Shown here piece by piece: positions 1 to 9,998 of a DNA stretch of 64,000 nucleotides (the stretch's first letter is position 1; each line of letters begins with the position of its first letter). The notes under the pieces are model-generated. The model was not told where the DNA came from. It saw only the letters and a list, made by a program, of their open reading frames with translations, and did no database searches. Source of the DNA: an uncultured bacterium (GTDB lineage Bacteria > Chloroflexota > UBA5177 > JANWHV01); contig CAWHAE010000016.1 in assembly GCA_963827235.1 (NCBI GenBank), positions 640,001-704,000 of the forward strand, read 5' to 3'. A program made the translations under genes and the position numbers.

Positions 1-4
1 GGAC

Positions 5-1681
5 ATGACGGCAGCACTGGATGCGTACGGCGCGGCGCACGACGAGGGCGCAGAGTCAATGACTCTCTACAACATGGCCCTGAGCCTCACGGAGGCGGGA
101 CGCTGCAACGGCACCGACGAGTATTTCGCGCGCGCCGCGGCCATGGCAGGCCGTAACGGTGATCTGCAAATGCTGACCATGGTGCGAAACCTGCGCGCGA
201 TCCACAGGTGGCACTCCGGTGATCTGGCGGCTGCCGAAGACGATGCCAAGTCAGCGCTGCTTACACTTGGTGAAGCCGGCTCTCCGGTGCTTGCGTGCGA
301 CACCATGGCGACGCTGAGCATGATCTACGCCGAGAAGAGCGACCTGAATGAAGCAGAGCAGGTCGCCGCGCGCACCATCGAGCTGGGCGAGCGCGTCTAT
401 GCACCCAGGGCAGAGAACGAGGCCAGGCGCGCCCTGGTCTGGTGTGCGCTGCTCCGCCGCGACCGCGGCAAGGCCAGGCAACTGATCGAGGCTGCCCGGC
501 AGCAACCGCTCCCACCGATCGACGCGGCACTGCTCGATCTCCTGGAAGGTACCCACGCTCTGCGCGTGCGTGCCTATGCGCGAGCCGCCGAGCTGCTCGG
601 CGAGGTCGCCCAGCGGCTCGAGCGCCTACAGCGACCCCAGTACGCGGCACGGGCCCTCGTCCTCCGCGCCGAGGCCTTGTTATCGTCGGGCTCTGTGAGC
701 AGGGCCGAGGAAGCTCTGAACCATGCCGCATTGCTCGTGTTACCTCTTGGCTGTGAGGGATTCCTGCGACCGGTAGCCCGAATGACGCGGCAGGTGCTCG
801 CTGAACGGCAGATCCTGCGTAAGCTGCGCCGTGACACACGATCCTTGCTCGAGCAGCTTGCGAGCGGCGTACCGGTGCTGACCGTAGTGGGCGAGACTCG
901 CCTGGCCGAGGACGCGCCGCCGCCACTGCGCGTCTCGCCCTTCGGCCCAGGTCGGCTGTACTTTGGTGGACGAGCCATCGACGCCAATGCCCTGCCGCCG
1001 CGAGCTCGCGAGGTGTTGTTCTACGCAGCTCACCAGAGGGGGTCGGTCGAGCGCAGCGTACTGCTGGAGGCGGTTTGGGAGGCCGACGCTCGAGCATCCC
1101 AGTCGTTGTGGGATGCGAGCAGGCATATCCGGCGATTGCTCGGCGAGCGCCACTGGACGATCCGCGGCGGAGTGTACTCCCTCAATGTAGTGGTGAACGA
1201 CGACGCATTGCAGTTCGACGCTGAGTCGCTCGTCGTACACGGCAGCGGCTCCGATATCGAGCGGGTGGCAGCGGGCGAGCGGGCTCTGGCGCTGGTAGCG
1301 CCGGGCATGTTCATGGAATGGTGCGACAGCATGTGGGCTACTTCGCTTCGCGCGCACTACACCGAGCTGGCGCTTTCCACCCTGCTCGAGACGGCGGCCC
1401 TGTATGACGGCCTGGGACGCACCGAGGACGGTGCTGCCACACTGCGCAAGGCTGTAGCCGTCGATCCGCTGGACGAGCGACCGCGCCTGGCCCTTGTGCG
1501 CAGCCTGGCCGGCCAGGGCATGGTGCAGCAGGCGGTGAGCGAGTATCGCGAGTACCGCGACCTGGTGCACCATGAGCTCGACGCGGAGCCGTCGGCCGAG
1601 CTGCGCCGCTTCGTCGCCACCTTGGGCAAGCGACTCGCTCAGGGAAGAACGCCGCGCGAAGATCCGCCTCGCAGAACCTGA
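5..1681 (+). CDS. TPR-repeat transcriptional regulator with C-terminal winged-helix/BTAD (SARP-like) domain; probably 5'-truncated by window edge
   Basis: Helical TPR-like N-terminal part; C-terminal 'LRVSPFGPGRL..PRAREVLFY..LLEAVW..AVDPLDERPRLALVRSL..G..AV..Y..L..ELDAEPS' is typical wHTH+BTAD; frame is open back to the window start. Confidence 0.7.
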   Translation: MTAALDAYGAAHDEGAESMTLYNMALSLTEAGRCNGTDEYFARAAAMAGRNGDLQMLTMVRNLRAIHRWHSGDLAAAEDDAKSALLTLGEAGSPVLACDTMATLSMIYAEKSDLNEAEQVAARTIELGERVYAPRAENEARRALVWCALLRRDRGKARQLIEAARQQPLPPIDAALLDLLEGTHALRVRAYARAAELLGEVAQRLERLQRPQYAARALVLRAEALLSSGSVSRAEEALNHAALLVLPLGCEGFLRPVARMTRQVLAERQILRKLRRDTRSLLEQLASGVPVLTVVGETRLAEDAPPPLRVSPFGPGRLYFGGRAIDANALPPRAREVLFYAAHQRGSVERSVLLEAVWEADARASQSLWDASRHIRRLLGERHWTIRGGVYSLNVVVNDDALQFDAESLVVHGSGSDIERVAAGERALALVAPGMFMEWCDSMWATSLRAHYTELALSTLLETAALYDGLGRTEDGAATLRKAVAVDPLDERPRLALVRSLAGQGMVQQAVSEYREYRDLVHHELDAEPSAELRRFVATLGKRLAQGRTPREDPPRRT

Positions 1682-1871
1682 GACATTGGAGGCCGGGGCG
1701 AGTCCAAAAGTACTTTCGGCTTTGGGAGTACTGGGTCATTCCATACTGCCGGCCGCTCTAGTAACGTAGAGTACAGAACAATAGCCGGATGGCACGTTCG
1801 GGTGCTGCGCGGTTGCCATTCAGGTTTGTTCGGGATGAGCGGCAAGCACAAGGTATGGCGGAGGACTCTCC

Positions 1872-2477
1872 ATGAAGCAGGTCTCGGTATTGCTGGCATT
1901 GGCGTCGCCTACCCTTCGCGCGAAGATCCGCTCGGAGGTGCTTCTAGACCCGAATCTGGCCCTCCTGTACGACGCCAGGACTCCGGCCGAAGCAGTAGCC
2001 CAAACAACGCTTCACCAACCACAGGTGGTCCTGTGCGACAGAGGCATGCTTGCCGGTGGAGAGATGAACGCCGTTGCGCAACAGGCCCGTGTGGTATCCC
2101 TTCTCGTACTGGTGACCATGGGTGAGGACAACGTGATTGCGCGGGTGCCTGTCCCGGTTGCAGGCGTCATTCCGGCGAATCACCGCCTGGGCGATCTCGC
2201 CGAACGGTTACAGACGATCATTGACGCACCGTCCGCGTTCATCGAGCCCGCCGTGCGCCTGTCCAGGCATTTGGCGCCGCCATCTGAGCGCCTCAATCTG
2301 TCGCCGATGAGCTACGACCCCGGCAGGATCCCCAGTCTGCCGCACTCGGGAAGATTGACCTGGCTCAGCGATCACGAGCCCGAGCCCACGCTGCCCCTAC
2401 CAACCGGCGCGCAAGAGCTCACAAAGAAGCCGTTCATGAAATCGGTCTTCGATCCGCCGGGCGAAGATCGGCAGTAG
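1872..2477 (+). CDS. atypical response-regulator receiver-domain protein with Pro-rich C-terminal tail
   Basis: RBS GAGGA before ATG; receiver-like pattern 'ARTPAEAV..HQPQVVLCD..LVLVT'; no recognisable DNA-binding output domain. Confidence 0.55.
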   Translation: MKQVSVLLALASPTLRAKIRSEVLLDPNLALLYDARTPAEAVAQTTLHQPQVVLCDRGMLAGGEMNAVAQQARVVSLLVLVTMGEDNVIARVPVPVAGVIPANHRLGDLAERLQTIIDAPSAFIEPAVRLSRHLAPPSERLNLSPMSYDPGRIPSLPHSGRLTWLSDHEPEPTLPLPTGAQELTKKPFMKSVFDPPGEDRQ

Positions 2478-2914
2478 GCGGTTCGGCCGATCTCGGGTTC
2501 TACCCGATCCCAGTGCCTGAGCCGTTTTGCGCCTATGTGAACCGCGCGGGGCGGGTGGCTCCGGATCTGGCGGCGAGCGGGTGGGTATCTAGCCGCGCTG
2601 CTTCCCGACTTCTCGCACGTGGCCTGTGCGATGCGGACGGCCGCTCATTACCCGGCCCTACCCCGGTGCGGCGGAGGTGGACTCGACTCCGGGCACATCC
2701 GGTGGCGACCAAGATTGCCGGGATCTCGGAATCGTCTGACCAGATCCCCGCGTCGCAGATCGTGCCTGCGGTCAGAGGGTAAGCTGGCGTAGGCGTCACC
2801 CCCAGCGGACCTGTATGCTATCGGTGGCGGCGTGCCCTCGCCACCGAGGCGGTGATGAACCGCTCGTCGCGAGCCGGCTCATAGGCTCGCGCCCAGGAAT
2901 AGTCAACAGGAAGG

Positions 2915-3479
2915 TTGACCTCGTCTTTGGCAGGGCAAGAGAACGACGACAAGCGCGAACCGGATCGGACCGGCACGCAGGAGATCCGCATAGTGCGCAG
3001 CGTGCGGCGGCGCCGCACTGTGACTGTGCGCGAAAAGGACGGCTACTATGAAGTACTGGCGCCTGCGAGCTGGAAGGAGGACGTGCTGCAGCCGGTGATC
3101 GCGCGCCTGGTGCGCCGCCTGCAGACAGCGACGAACACGGAACACACTCGACGATGCGGATCTCGAGCGGCGGGCGGCGCTGCTAAACCTGCGGTACTTC
3201 GAAGGCCGGCTGAGCTGGCGGTCCATCGCCTGGGTCTCTAACCAGGACCGGCGGTGGGGGAGTTGCTCTCCGCGTGAGGGCACCATGCGCATCTCGCACA
3301 GGCTGGCCGCCTACCCGAAGTGGGTGCTCGACTATGTGATCGTGCACGAGATGGCGCACCTGGTGGTAGCAGCGCACGACGTCCGCTTCTGGCGTCTGGT
3401 CTCAAAGTACGAGCTTGCCGAGCGCGCGCGCGGCTACCTTATGGCCAAGTCGGGCAGCGACGATGAAGACGAGATGTAG
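2915..3479 (+). pseudogene. YgjP/DUF45-like (M48-related) metal-dependent hydrolase, split by a +1 frameshift near 3125
   Basis: N-part 'IRIVRSVRRRRTV'; removing one A at ~3125 joins it to 'LDDADLERRA..RWGSCSPREGTMRISHRL..WVLDYVIVHEMAHL' (HExxH). Confidence 0.8.
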
Positions 3480-3496
3480 GTGCTCGTACCGACGAA

Positions 3497-3534
3497 AGGG
3501 CCGGTACCTCAGCCACTGGTGAGGCACCGACCCT
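3497..3534 (-). terminator. hairpin between convergent genes, likely terminator
   Basis: AGGGCCGGTACCTCA / TGAGGCACCGACCCT 15-bp arms with 2 mismatches that become G-U pairs on the minus-strand RNA. Confidence 0.5.
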
Positions 3535-3571
3535 GTTTGAGCGAGTCCGCACGCGGCGCGCGCGGTCCAGA

Positions 3572-6235
3572 CTACGCTTCGCGGCTGAGCCGGATGCGAG
3601 CGTCGATTGCCACGACACCGCTACCGGCAGCGCGAACGACCACGGGGTTCAGATCCAGCTCCACGAGCTCGGGCACATCCTCGACCAGTCGGGATATGCG
3701 CAGAAGCAGGTCTCGGAGTGCCGGAACGTCGGATGCCGGTGAGCCGCGATAGCCTTTCAGCAGCGTGGCGACCTTGCGATGAGCAATCAGCTCGTCGGCG
3801 TCGACGTCGGTCATCGGATGGATGCGGAACGACACGTCGCCGATAACCTCGGCCGTCACTCCGCCGGAGCCAAAAGCGATCAGAGGCCCAAAGATGGGAT
3901 CTCGGACCACGCCGACCAGGCACTCAACGCCGCCGGTGAGCATCGGCTGCACCAGAGCGCCCTCCATGCCCTTCTCCAGGCCGCGCTCCGCCAGCGCCGA
4001 GGCGATGGCCCGGTAAGCATCGGACGCGCCCTCGGGGGACTCTATGTTCAGCCGCACGCCGCCGACGTCCGACTTGTGCACGATTGTGCTCGAGACGAGC
4101 TTGACTACCACGGGGGCGCCGATCTCGCGGCACGCATCGGCCGCCTCCTCGGCCGAGCGCACGATGCGGCCGGTGGGGAGGGAAATGCCGTACGCCGTCA
4201 GCAGCTTCTCGATCTCCACGGCGGTGAGCCACGGACGCTCCTCGCGTGCAAGCGCCTCCGAGACGATGCCGCGCGCCACGTTGTGGTCGATCTCGGCATA
4301 CTCTGGAAGTGTTCCAGCCGGCCTGCGCAGCCACGCGGCTCGTGCCGCGGCCTGCCCGAGCGCCCGCGCCGCGGACTCCGGGAACGGGTAGGTTGGTATC
4401 ACAGTCTTGGCCTTGCTCAGCACGTCGGGAGCCGCGCAACCGACGAAGCAGGCCATGATCGGTTTGTCCGGAGCCGGATCACAGACCTTCACCAGCTCTG
4501 CCGCGATTTCCTCCGGCTTGGTGACCATGACTGGAATATACAGCGCGATCACCGAATCGATTCCCGGGTCGTCGAGCAGTGTCTTCGCCACCGCCGCATA
4601 GGTCGGAGCGGGAATGGCCGCGATCATGTCGACTGGGTTGTTTACAGATGCCTCCTTGGGAAGCATCGCTCGAAGCGTCGTCTTGGTCTGATCGGATAGC
4701 TGCGGCACCTCCAGGCCGTTCGCCTCGCAGGCATCGGCGCAGAGAATCCCTAGGCCACCGGCATTGGTGATTACCGCGACGCGCCTGCCGGTGGGCAGCG
4801 GCTGGTTCGCGAACAGCGTGGAGAGCTCGAACAGTTCCTCGAGGGTCTCGGCGCGAATCACTCCTGCTTGCTTAAACAGGGCGTCGACCGCCACGTCGGA
4901 TCCGGCGAGGGCGGCGGTGTGGGAGGCAGCGGCGCGCCGTCCCGACGTGCTGCGCCCGCCTTTCACAGCCAGAATCGGTTTTCGGGCGCCTACGCGGCGC
5001 GCGATGCGGGCGAACCGGCGTGGGTTCCCGAAGCTCTCGAGGTAGAGCACGATCACCTTGGTGGCCGGATCCTCCTCCCAGTATTCGAGGAGGTCGTTGG
5101 AGCTCAGATCCGCCTTGTTGCCGATGGAAACGAACGACGAAACGCCGAGGCCCAGCGAGCGCGCAGTCTGCAGAATGGCGATACCGAGGGCTCCAGATTG
5201 CGAGGAGATGGCGACTGATCCACCGGGAGGCAGGCTCGGCGTAAATGTGGCGTTGATCGCGCCGCGCTCGTGGCGCACGAGTACGCCGAGACAGTTTGGC
5301 CCTACCATGCGAGCACCATAAGACTGGCAGAGGTACAACAGCTCGTTCTGCAGCGCGCGTCCCTCCGAGCTGACCTCGGCGAAACCGGCAGAGATCACGA
5401 CGAGCGCCTTTGCGCCGGCTTCCAGACAGTCGCGCGCCGCATCCATTACGCTGGCAGACGGCACGCAGATGATCGCCATATCCACGGTATCGGTGATCGA
5501 CTTGACGTTCGGGAAGGCCTTTACGGAGGAGATTGATCCGGCGGAAGGATTGACCGGATAAACTGCGCCTTCGTAGCCTGCCTGAAGAAGGTTGCTGAAT
5601 ACCGCCTGCCCGATGGAGCCCGGCCGGCGGGAGGCACCCACGACGGCAATCGCCCGCGGGTGGAACAACGGATCGAGAGACTTGACTGCCGCAACGTGCC
5701 GGCGCTCGTCAGCGCGCACGAAGTATCCTTGGTCGGGGTGCAGGTCCACTTCCACAAGCACGGTTCCGTGCTCGTGTACGCGCTTCTGCTTGAAACCCAG
5801 GTCGCTCAGCAGCGTGAGCATCTCGCCGTTCTGCGCGCTGACCTCGGCAATGATGCGCGTGATACCCTCGCGGCGCGCATCATTGGACAGGTGCTCGAAC
5901 ATCACGGTCCCGATGCCGTTGCCCTGCTCGGAATCGGCTACCACGATGGCCAGCTCCGCGGCCATCGGATCGACCAGGCGGTTGAACGAGGCAACCGCGA
6001 CGACATGGTTCTCCCGTTCTGCCAGCAACGCGTGTCCGGCGACGACACGCTCGACCAGGTCTGCATCGATACGAATGCCGGCAGAGTGGAATCGCTGAGC
6101 GCGGCTTTCAGGGGACATGCGGTTGAGCAGGTCTTCGACAGCAGCCTTGTCGGCCGTCGTGTACTTGCGAACAAGCGCCTGGCTCCCATCGCGAAGCAGG
6201 GCAAATTCGCCGGTGGGCATTGTTATCATGGTCAA
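3572..6235 (-). CDS. GNAT acetyltransferase fused to ADP-forming acyl-CoA synthetase (Pat/ACD-like, N-terminal GNAT)
   Basis: N-terminal GNAT ('AELAIVVADSEQGNGIG'); CoA-binding 'IAVVGAS', 'GPNCLG', 'SQSGALG', 'GNKAD', 'SHTAALAG'; ATP-grasp 'HKSDVGGV', 'LDLNP'; RBS AGGAGG. Confidence 0.9.
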   Translation of the reverse strand: MTMITMPTGEFALLRDGSQALVRKYTTADKAAVEDLLNRMSPESRAQRFHSAGIRIDADLVERVVAGHALLAERENHVVAVASFNRLVDPMAAELAIVVADSEQGNGIGTVMFEHLSNDARREGITRIIAEVSAQNGEMLTLLSDLGFKQKRVHEHGTVLVEVDLHPDQGYFVRADERRHVAAVKSLDPLFHPRAIAVVGASRRPGSIGQAVFSNLLQAGYEGAVYPVNPSAGSISSVKAFPNVKSITDTVDMAIICVPSASVMDAARDCLEAGAKALVVISAGFAEVSSEGRALQNELLYLCQSYGARMVGPNCLGVLVRHERGAINATFTPSLPPGGSVAISSQSGALGIAILQTARSLGLGVSSFVSIGNKADLSSNDLLEYWEEDPATKVIVLYLESFGNPRRFARIARRVGARKPILAVKGGRSTSGRRAAASHTAALAGSDVAVDALFKQAGVIRAETLEELFELSTLFANQPLPTGRRVAVITNAGGLGILCADACEANGLEVPQLSDQTKTTLRAMLPKEASVNNPVDMIAAIPAPTYAAVAKTLLDDPGIDSVIALYIPVMVTKPEEIAAELVKVCDPAPDKPIMACFVGCAAPDVLSKAKTVIPTYPFPESAARALGQAAARAAWLRRPAGTLPEYAEIDHNVARGIVSEALAREERPWLTAVEIEKLLTAYGISLPTGRIVRSAEEAADACREIGAPVVVKLVSSTIVHKSDVGGVRLNIESPEGASDAYRAIASALAERGLEKGMEGALVQPMLTGGVECLVGVVRDPIFGPLIAFGSGGVTAEVIGDVSFRIHPMTDVDADELIAHRKVATLLKGYRGSPASDVPALRDLLLRISRLVEDVPELVELDLNPVVVRAAGSGVVAIDARIRLSREA

Positions 6236-6535
6236 ACTTACCTCCTGCTGTCAGACTACGGCACAGACAACCCACCGGGGGAGAGTCATGTCACCCGTCA
6301 GCCCTTCCCGAACGGCCCGGATCGTACGGGACCAGCCGCCCTGCACGCCATACCAACCGTCAATTCCCGTCGTGGCCACCCCGTCGTGGGCCTCGACCCG
6401 ATGCTGCGCCACCCGGCCGTCTCCTATTCGGCGGCATACTACGAAGTGCCCGGCGGCAGCCAGACGCACCCACATTCCCGAGTGTGGTGCGGTTGCTGTC
6501 GGGTATCAGTGCCACGACACTGGCGTACCGCGCCG

Positions 6536-7783
6536 TCAGGGTAGATAGATCCTGCCGGTGCGCAGCTTCCAGAGCACGTACCGATTCAGCCGGCCCTTCA
6601 GCATGTGAGCAAGGCCGCCGGGAAGCTTCACCGCGAAGCGAAGCAGATGCCGGCGACCAATACCAACCAGCATCAGCCCGACGTCTCCTCCGTCGACGAA
6701 GCGCACGTCGAGCAGACGAGGCAGGGCGCTTGCCCGGGGCTCCCGTCCCAAGACAGCTGCCGCGATGCCTCGCGCCGCGGCTTTGGCCATGGACGTGGCG
6801 AGATAGCCGGTCTTTGGCACCGGCACGCTAGCCGTTCTCGCTACCTCCGGATCCGCGGCCGTGCCGGCGGCGAAGATCTCCGGATAGCGCCGGTGACGAT
6901 AGTACTCGTCCACCGGCACGTAACCCTGCTCGTCCGTCAGGCCGGACGTCTTCCAGATCCCGGCGGTGCCGTGAAAGGCGGGCACGACTACGGTGAGACG
7001 CGATGGAAGGCGAACACCGCCCTCCAGCTCAATATGATCGCTGCCGACTCGAGTCAGCTCGGTATTCTCGTGCACGTCGATGTGCCTGTCGCGGAACGCG
7101 CCTTCCAGAATCTTTCGTGCACGCGGGGTGCCGGCATCCAGATAGCCCAGGTGCGGTTCCGGTGTGACGAACGCGAGCTTAGCCGCCTGGCGATTGCCGC
7201 CTCTGCGCAAGGCATAGTCCAGATGAAGGATGAACTCGTAGGCCGGGCTGAGATAGCTAGCACCCTTTGCCAGCGCCACGACGGCCGGCCCCGGATCGTG
7301 CAAATAGCGGTCGACAGCTTCCGACAGATCCAGTGCGCCGGACTCCGTGTGCAAGAAGTGGGCGGCACCGAACTCTCCGCCCAGCCCCGGGACTGCCTGG
7401 GCGTCGACGTCCGGACCGGTAGCGATGAGCAAGAAGTCGTACGGCACCTCGTCGCCCTGGGCGATAACCACTCGCCGCTCGGCGTTCACACTGTCGACGC
7501 GACCTACTCTAAAGCCTATGCCCCGCTTGGCCAGCGCCGGCCCCACCGAGAAGCCGATCTCATCCGATCGCTTCCGAAACGACACCGACAACAGCCCCAT
7601 GGGCAGCAGGAACTGCCCGCGGTCGGACAGCACGAGCACGTCGGCTCTTCGACCGAGTCGCCGCCGGAGCTCATGCGCTGCCGTGAGACCGACAACCCCT
7701 CCGCCGAGGACGACGACCCGAGCACGAGCCTGTACGCCGGTGGAATCACCGGCGACCGTTGATTCCGTGGTACTGCTCTGCAT
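6536..7783 (-). CDS. FAD-dependent oxidoreductase of the sulfide:quinone oxidoreductase (SQR) family, lacking all cysteines
   Basis: GxGxxG 'VLGGGVVG', 'YDFLLIATGP', 'GASYLSPAYEF', 'FVTPEP', 'PKTGY' match type I SQR layout. Confidence 0.75.
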   Translation of the reverse strand: MQSSTTESTVAGDSTGVQARARVVVLGGGVVGLTAAHELRRRLGRRADVLVLSDRGQFLLPMGLLSVSFRKRSDEIGFSVGPALAKRGIGFRVGRVDSVNAERRVVIAQGDEVPYDFLLIATGPDVDAQAVPGLGGEFGAAHFLHTESGALDLSEAVDRYLHDPGPAVVALAKGASYLSPAYEFILHLDYALRRGGNRQAAKLAFVTPEPHLGYLDAGTPRARKILEGAFRDRHIDVHENTELTRVGSDHIELEGGVRLPSRLTVVVPAFHGTAGIWKTSGLTDEQGYVPVDEYYRHRRYPEIFAAGTAADPEVARTASVPVPKTGYLATSMAKAAARGIAAAVLGREPRASALPRLLDVRFVDGGDVGLMLVGIGRRHLLRFAVKLPGGLAHMLKGRLNRYVLWKLRTGRIYLP

Positions 7784-7861
7784 TACCGGTTCCTTGCCCC
7801 AGCCGCGACGGACCGCCGAATTACGTTTCCGTCTCCTGGAGACTCACTTCGCTTGCCGGCT

Positions 7862-8515
7862 TCACTCGTGACCAAGGGCCCGTTGCTCGGCCAGGAAGGC
7901 GGCCGCTTGGGCCCGCCTTTCCATTCCCAGCTTGCTGAGAATCGTGCTCACGTAGTTCTTCACCGTCTTCTCGGACAAGTAGACGATTGTCGCGATTTCG
8001 CGATTCGTCTTGCCTTCGGCAATCAAGCCGAGGATGCGCCGCTCCTGTTCGGACAGCTCCGATAGCTTGTCTTTGTGCCCGCCGCTGGCCATCTCCCGCA
8101 TTCTCGCGAGCACCTTGCCCATAACACTCGGATCCAGCAGCGACTCACCGCGAGCCACGGACTCGATTGCTGTCACGAGCTCTCGGCCACGCGTCTGCTT
8201 GAGCAGGTAGCCAGCCGCCCCGGCAATAATCGCCGCGTAGACCGCCTCGTCGTCGGCATAGCTGGTGAGCATGAGCACCTGGATTTCCGGGTGCTCGGCC
8301 CGGATCTCGCGGCAGGCCTCGATACCGGTACCGTCGGGCAAGCGGACGTCCATCACGATGACGTTGGGCAGTTCCCGGCCGGCGCTCTCCACGGCCTCAG
8401 CCACCGAAGAGGCTTCGGCGACGACCCGGATATTCTCCCTCCGCTCGAGCAGCGATTTCAAGCCCTGACGCACGACCTCATGGTCGTCGACGAGCATCAC
8501 GCGGATATCAGACAC
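7862..8515 (-). CDS. NarL/LuxR-family response regulator, DosR/DevR-like
   Basis: 'VMLVDDHEVVRQGL', 'MDVRLPDGTGIEACR', 'LTSYADDEA', HTH 'LSEKTVKNYVSTILSKLGM'; GTG start at 8515 overlaps upstream kinase stop. Confidence 0.9.
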   Translation of the reverse strand: MSDIRVMLVDDHEVVRQGLKSLLERRENIRVVAEASSVAEAVESAGRELPNVIVMDVRLPDGTGIEACREIRAEHPEIQVLMLTSYADDEAVYAAIIAGAAGYLLKQTRGRELVTAIESVARGESLLDPSVMGKVLARMREMASGGHKDKLSELSEQERRILGLIAEGKTNREIATIVYLSEKTVKNYVSTILSKLGMERRAQAAAFLAEQRALGHE

Positions 8516-9923
8516 TGCTGTCCCCCTGTCCTCCAGTGGCCACCGGGATTCGCACGCGAACCGTAGCACCGCCACCCAGCTCGGACTGAATTGTCACGCG
8601 CCCACCGAGTGCCAGCGCACGATTGCGCATGTCTCTCAAACCCTGGTGCTCAGGGGTGTGCATCGCCCGCGTGTCGAAGCCCGAGCCATTGTCGATGATT
8701 TCCAGTTCAACGAATCCAACTGCTGCTTGTAGTGTAATCCACACGCGACCAGCGCGCGCGTGGCGAACCACGTTGCTGACCGCCTCGCGCGCAATGTGGA
8801 CCAGATCCTCAGTAAGAGGCTGGGGAACCTCTACCGCGTCGAGACCCTGCACACTCAGCTCAGTGTCCAGCAGAGTGTGCGCGCGGGCTTGCTCGAGAAG
8901 TGCGGCCAGGGCCTCGGGAAGCGTCGCGGAGGCTTCCTGCGGCTTCAGGGCAAGCACGTGGTTGCGTAGCTGCTTGATCACCCCCTCAAGCCGCTCCATG
9001 GCCCCCTCGATACGGCCGCGCGCCGCATCCGGACTAGCCTCCAGGTCGTCGCAGGCGCACTCGAGCTCCAGATTCACGCCGTAGATCGCCTGCAGGGCGC
9101 TATCGGGCAAGTCCGTGCGCACTCGCTCGCGCTCGGCCGCCACACCCAGCGTGCGGATGCGCTGCGCCATGCGTGCGTGAACGATGACCACAGCCGCATA
9201 GCTCGCCAGGACGCCGAGAAGGTCCTCGTCCTCCTGCGCGAATTCGGGTCCCTCTATCTTGTCGGAAAGATAGAGAGTGCCCAGGCAGTTGCCCGCATGG
9301 GTGACAGGCACACCCACCAGTGTTTGCATAGCCGGGTGCCCTGGTGGAAAGCCGGCACGCCTCGCATCGGCGGTGAGGTCATCCAGGCGAATCGCGGTAC
9401 TCTGCCGCAACATCGCGCCGAGCAGTCCGCGACCGCTGGGAGGCGCGCCGATCCTGAGCCGATCCTCGCGGGGAATGCCCGACGTATAGAAGGCGTCAAT
9501 CTCGCCCGGAGAGCCGGTGACAGCCAGCGCCCCGTAGCGGGCTCCGATCACGTCTCTTGCCAGATCTACGATGCGCTGCAACGTTGCATCCATGTCCTGG
9601 ACTGCAGCAATGGCCAGCGAGGCCTGGTGCAGCGCTTCCATTTGGGTGCGCAGACGGCGTTCGGTCGCATAGCGCTGCTCGAGGTCCGCGTACTGGCGAT
9701 CCAGGTCGAGATCCTGCCTGTCGATGACGCGGAACATAAGCAGGGAAAAGCCCATGACCCCGGCGGTTCCTCCTGCGACGACGACAGAGCCCGACACATA
9801 CCACGGCCAGCTCGACAGCGCCCAGATGCTGAAGGCATAAAAAGGACCGAGCAGACACAGCGGTACCACGACGCTGAGCAGTCGCAGCACTCGACGCCGT
9901 CCGAGCCGTTCGTTCCTTTGCAT
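8508..9923 (-). CDS. membrane-anchored GAF sensor kinase (DosS-like) with H-box His replaced by Pro
   Basis: Two N-terminal hydrophobic helices; GAF 'GARYGAL..GFPPGHPAM..GVPV'; H-box 'ERERVRTDLPDSALQ'; N/G boxes 'EAVSNVVRHA','DNGSGF'; RBS GGAGG before ATG 9923. Confidence 0.85.
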   Translation of the reverse strand: MQRNERLGRRRVLRLLSVVVPLCLLGPFYAFSIWALSSWPWYVSGSVVVAGGTAGVMGFSLLMFRVIDRQDLDLDRQYADLEQRYATERRLRTQMEALHQASLAIAAVQDMDATLQRIVDLARDVIGARYGALAVTGSPGEIDAFYTSGIPREDRLRIGAPPSGRGLLGAMLRQSTAIRLDDLTADARRAGFPPGHPAMQTLVGVPVTHAGNCLGTLYLSDKIEGPEFAQEDEDLLGVLASYAAVVIVHARMAQRIRTLGVAAERERVRTDLPDSALQAIYGVNLELECACDDLEASPDAARGRIEGAMERLEGVIKQLRNHVLALKPQEASATLPEALAALLEQARAHTLLDTELSVQGLDAVEVPQPLTEDLVHIAREAVSNVVRHARAGRVWITLQAAVGFVELEIIDNGSGFDTRAMHTPEHQGLRDMRNRALALGGRVTIQSELGGGATVRVRIPVATGGQGDSSV

Positions 9924-9998
9924 GGCAATGCCACACCTCCGCTCAATTCCCGATGATCTCCTCATCTCACGCTAGCAAGCGCCGAGTTAAAGGCCGAA

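Noticed and set aside
2478-2914. Long intergenic region and short ORFs as possible ncRNA or genes
   Set aside because: No recognisable RNA family, RBS or protein motif by eye; needs an Infernal scan
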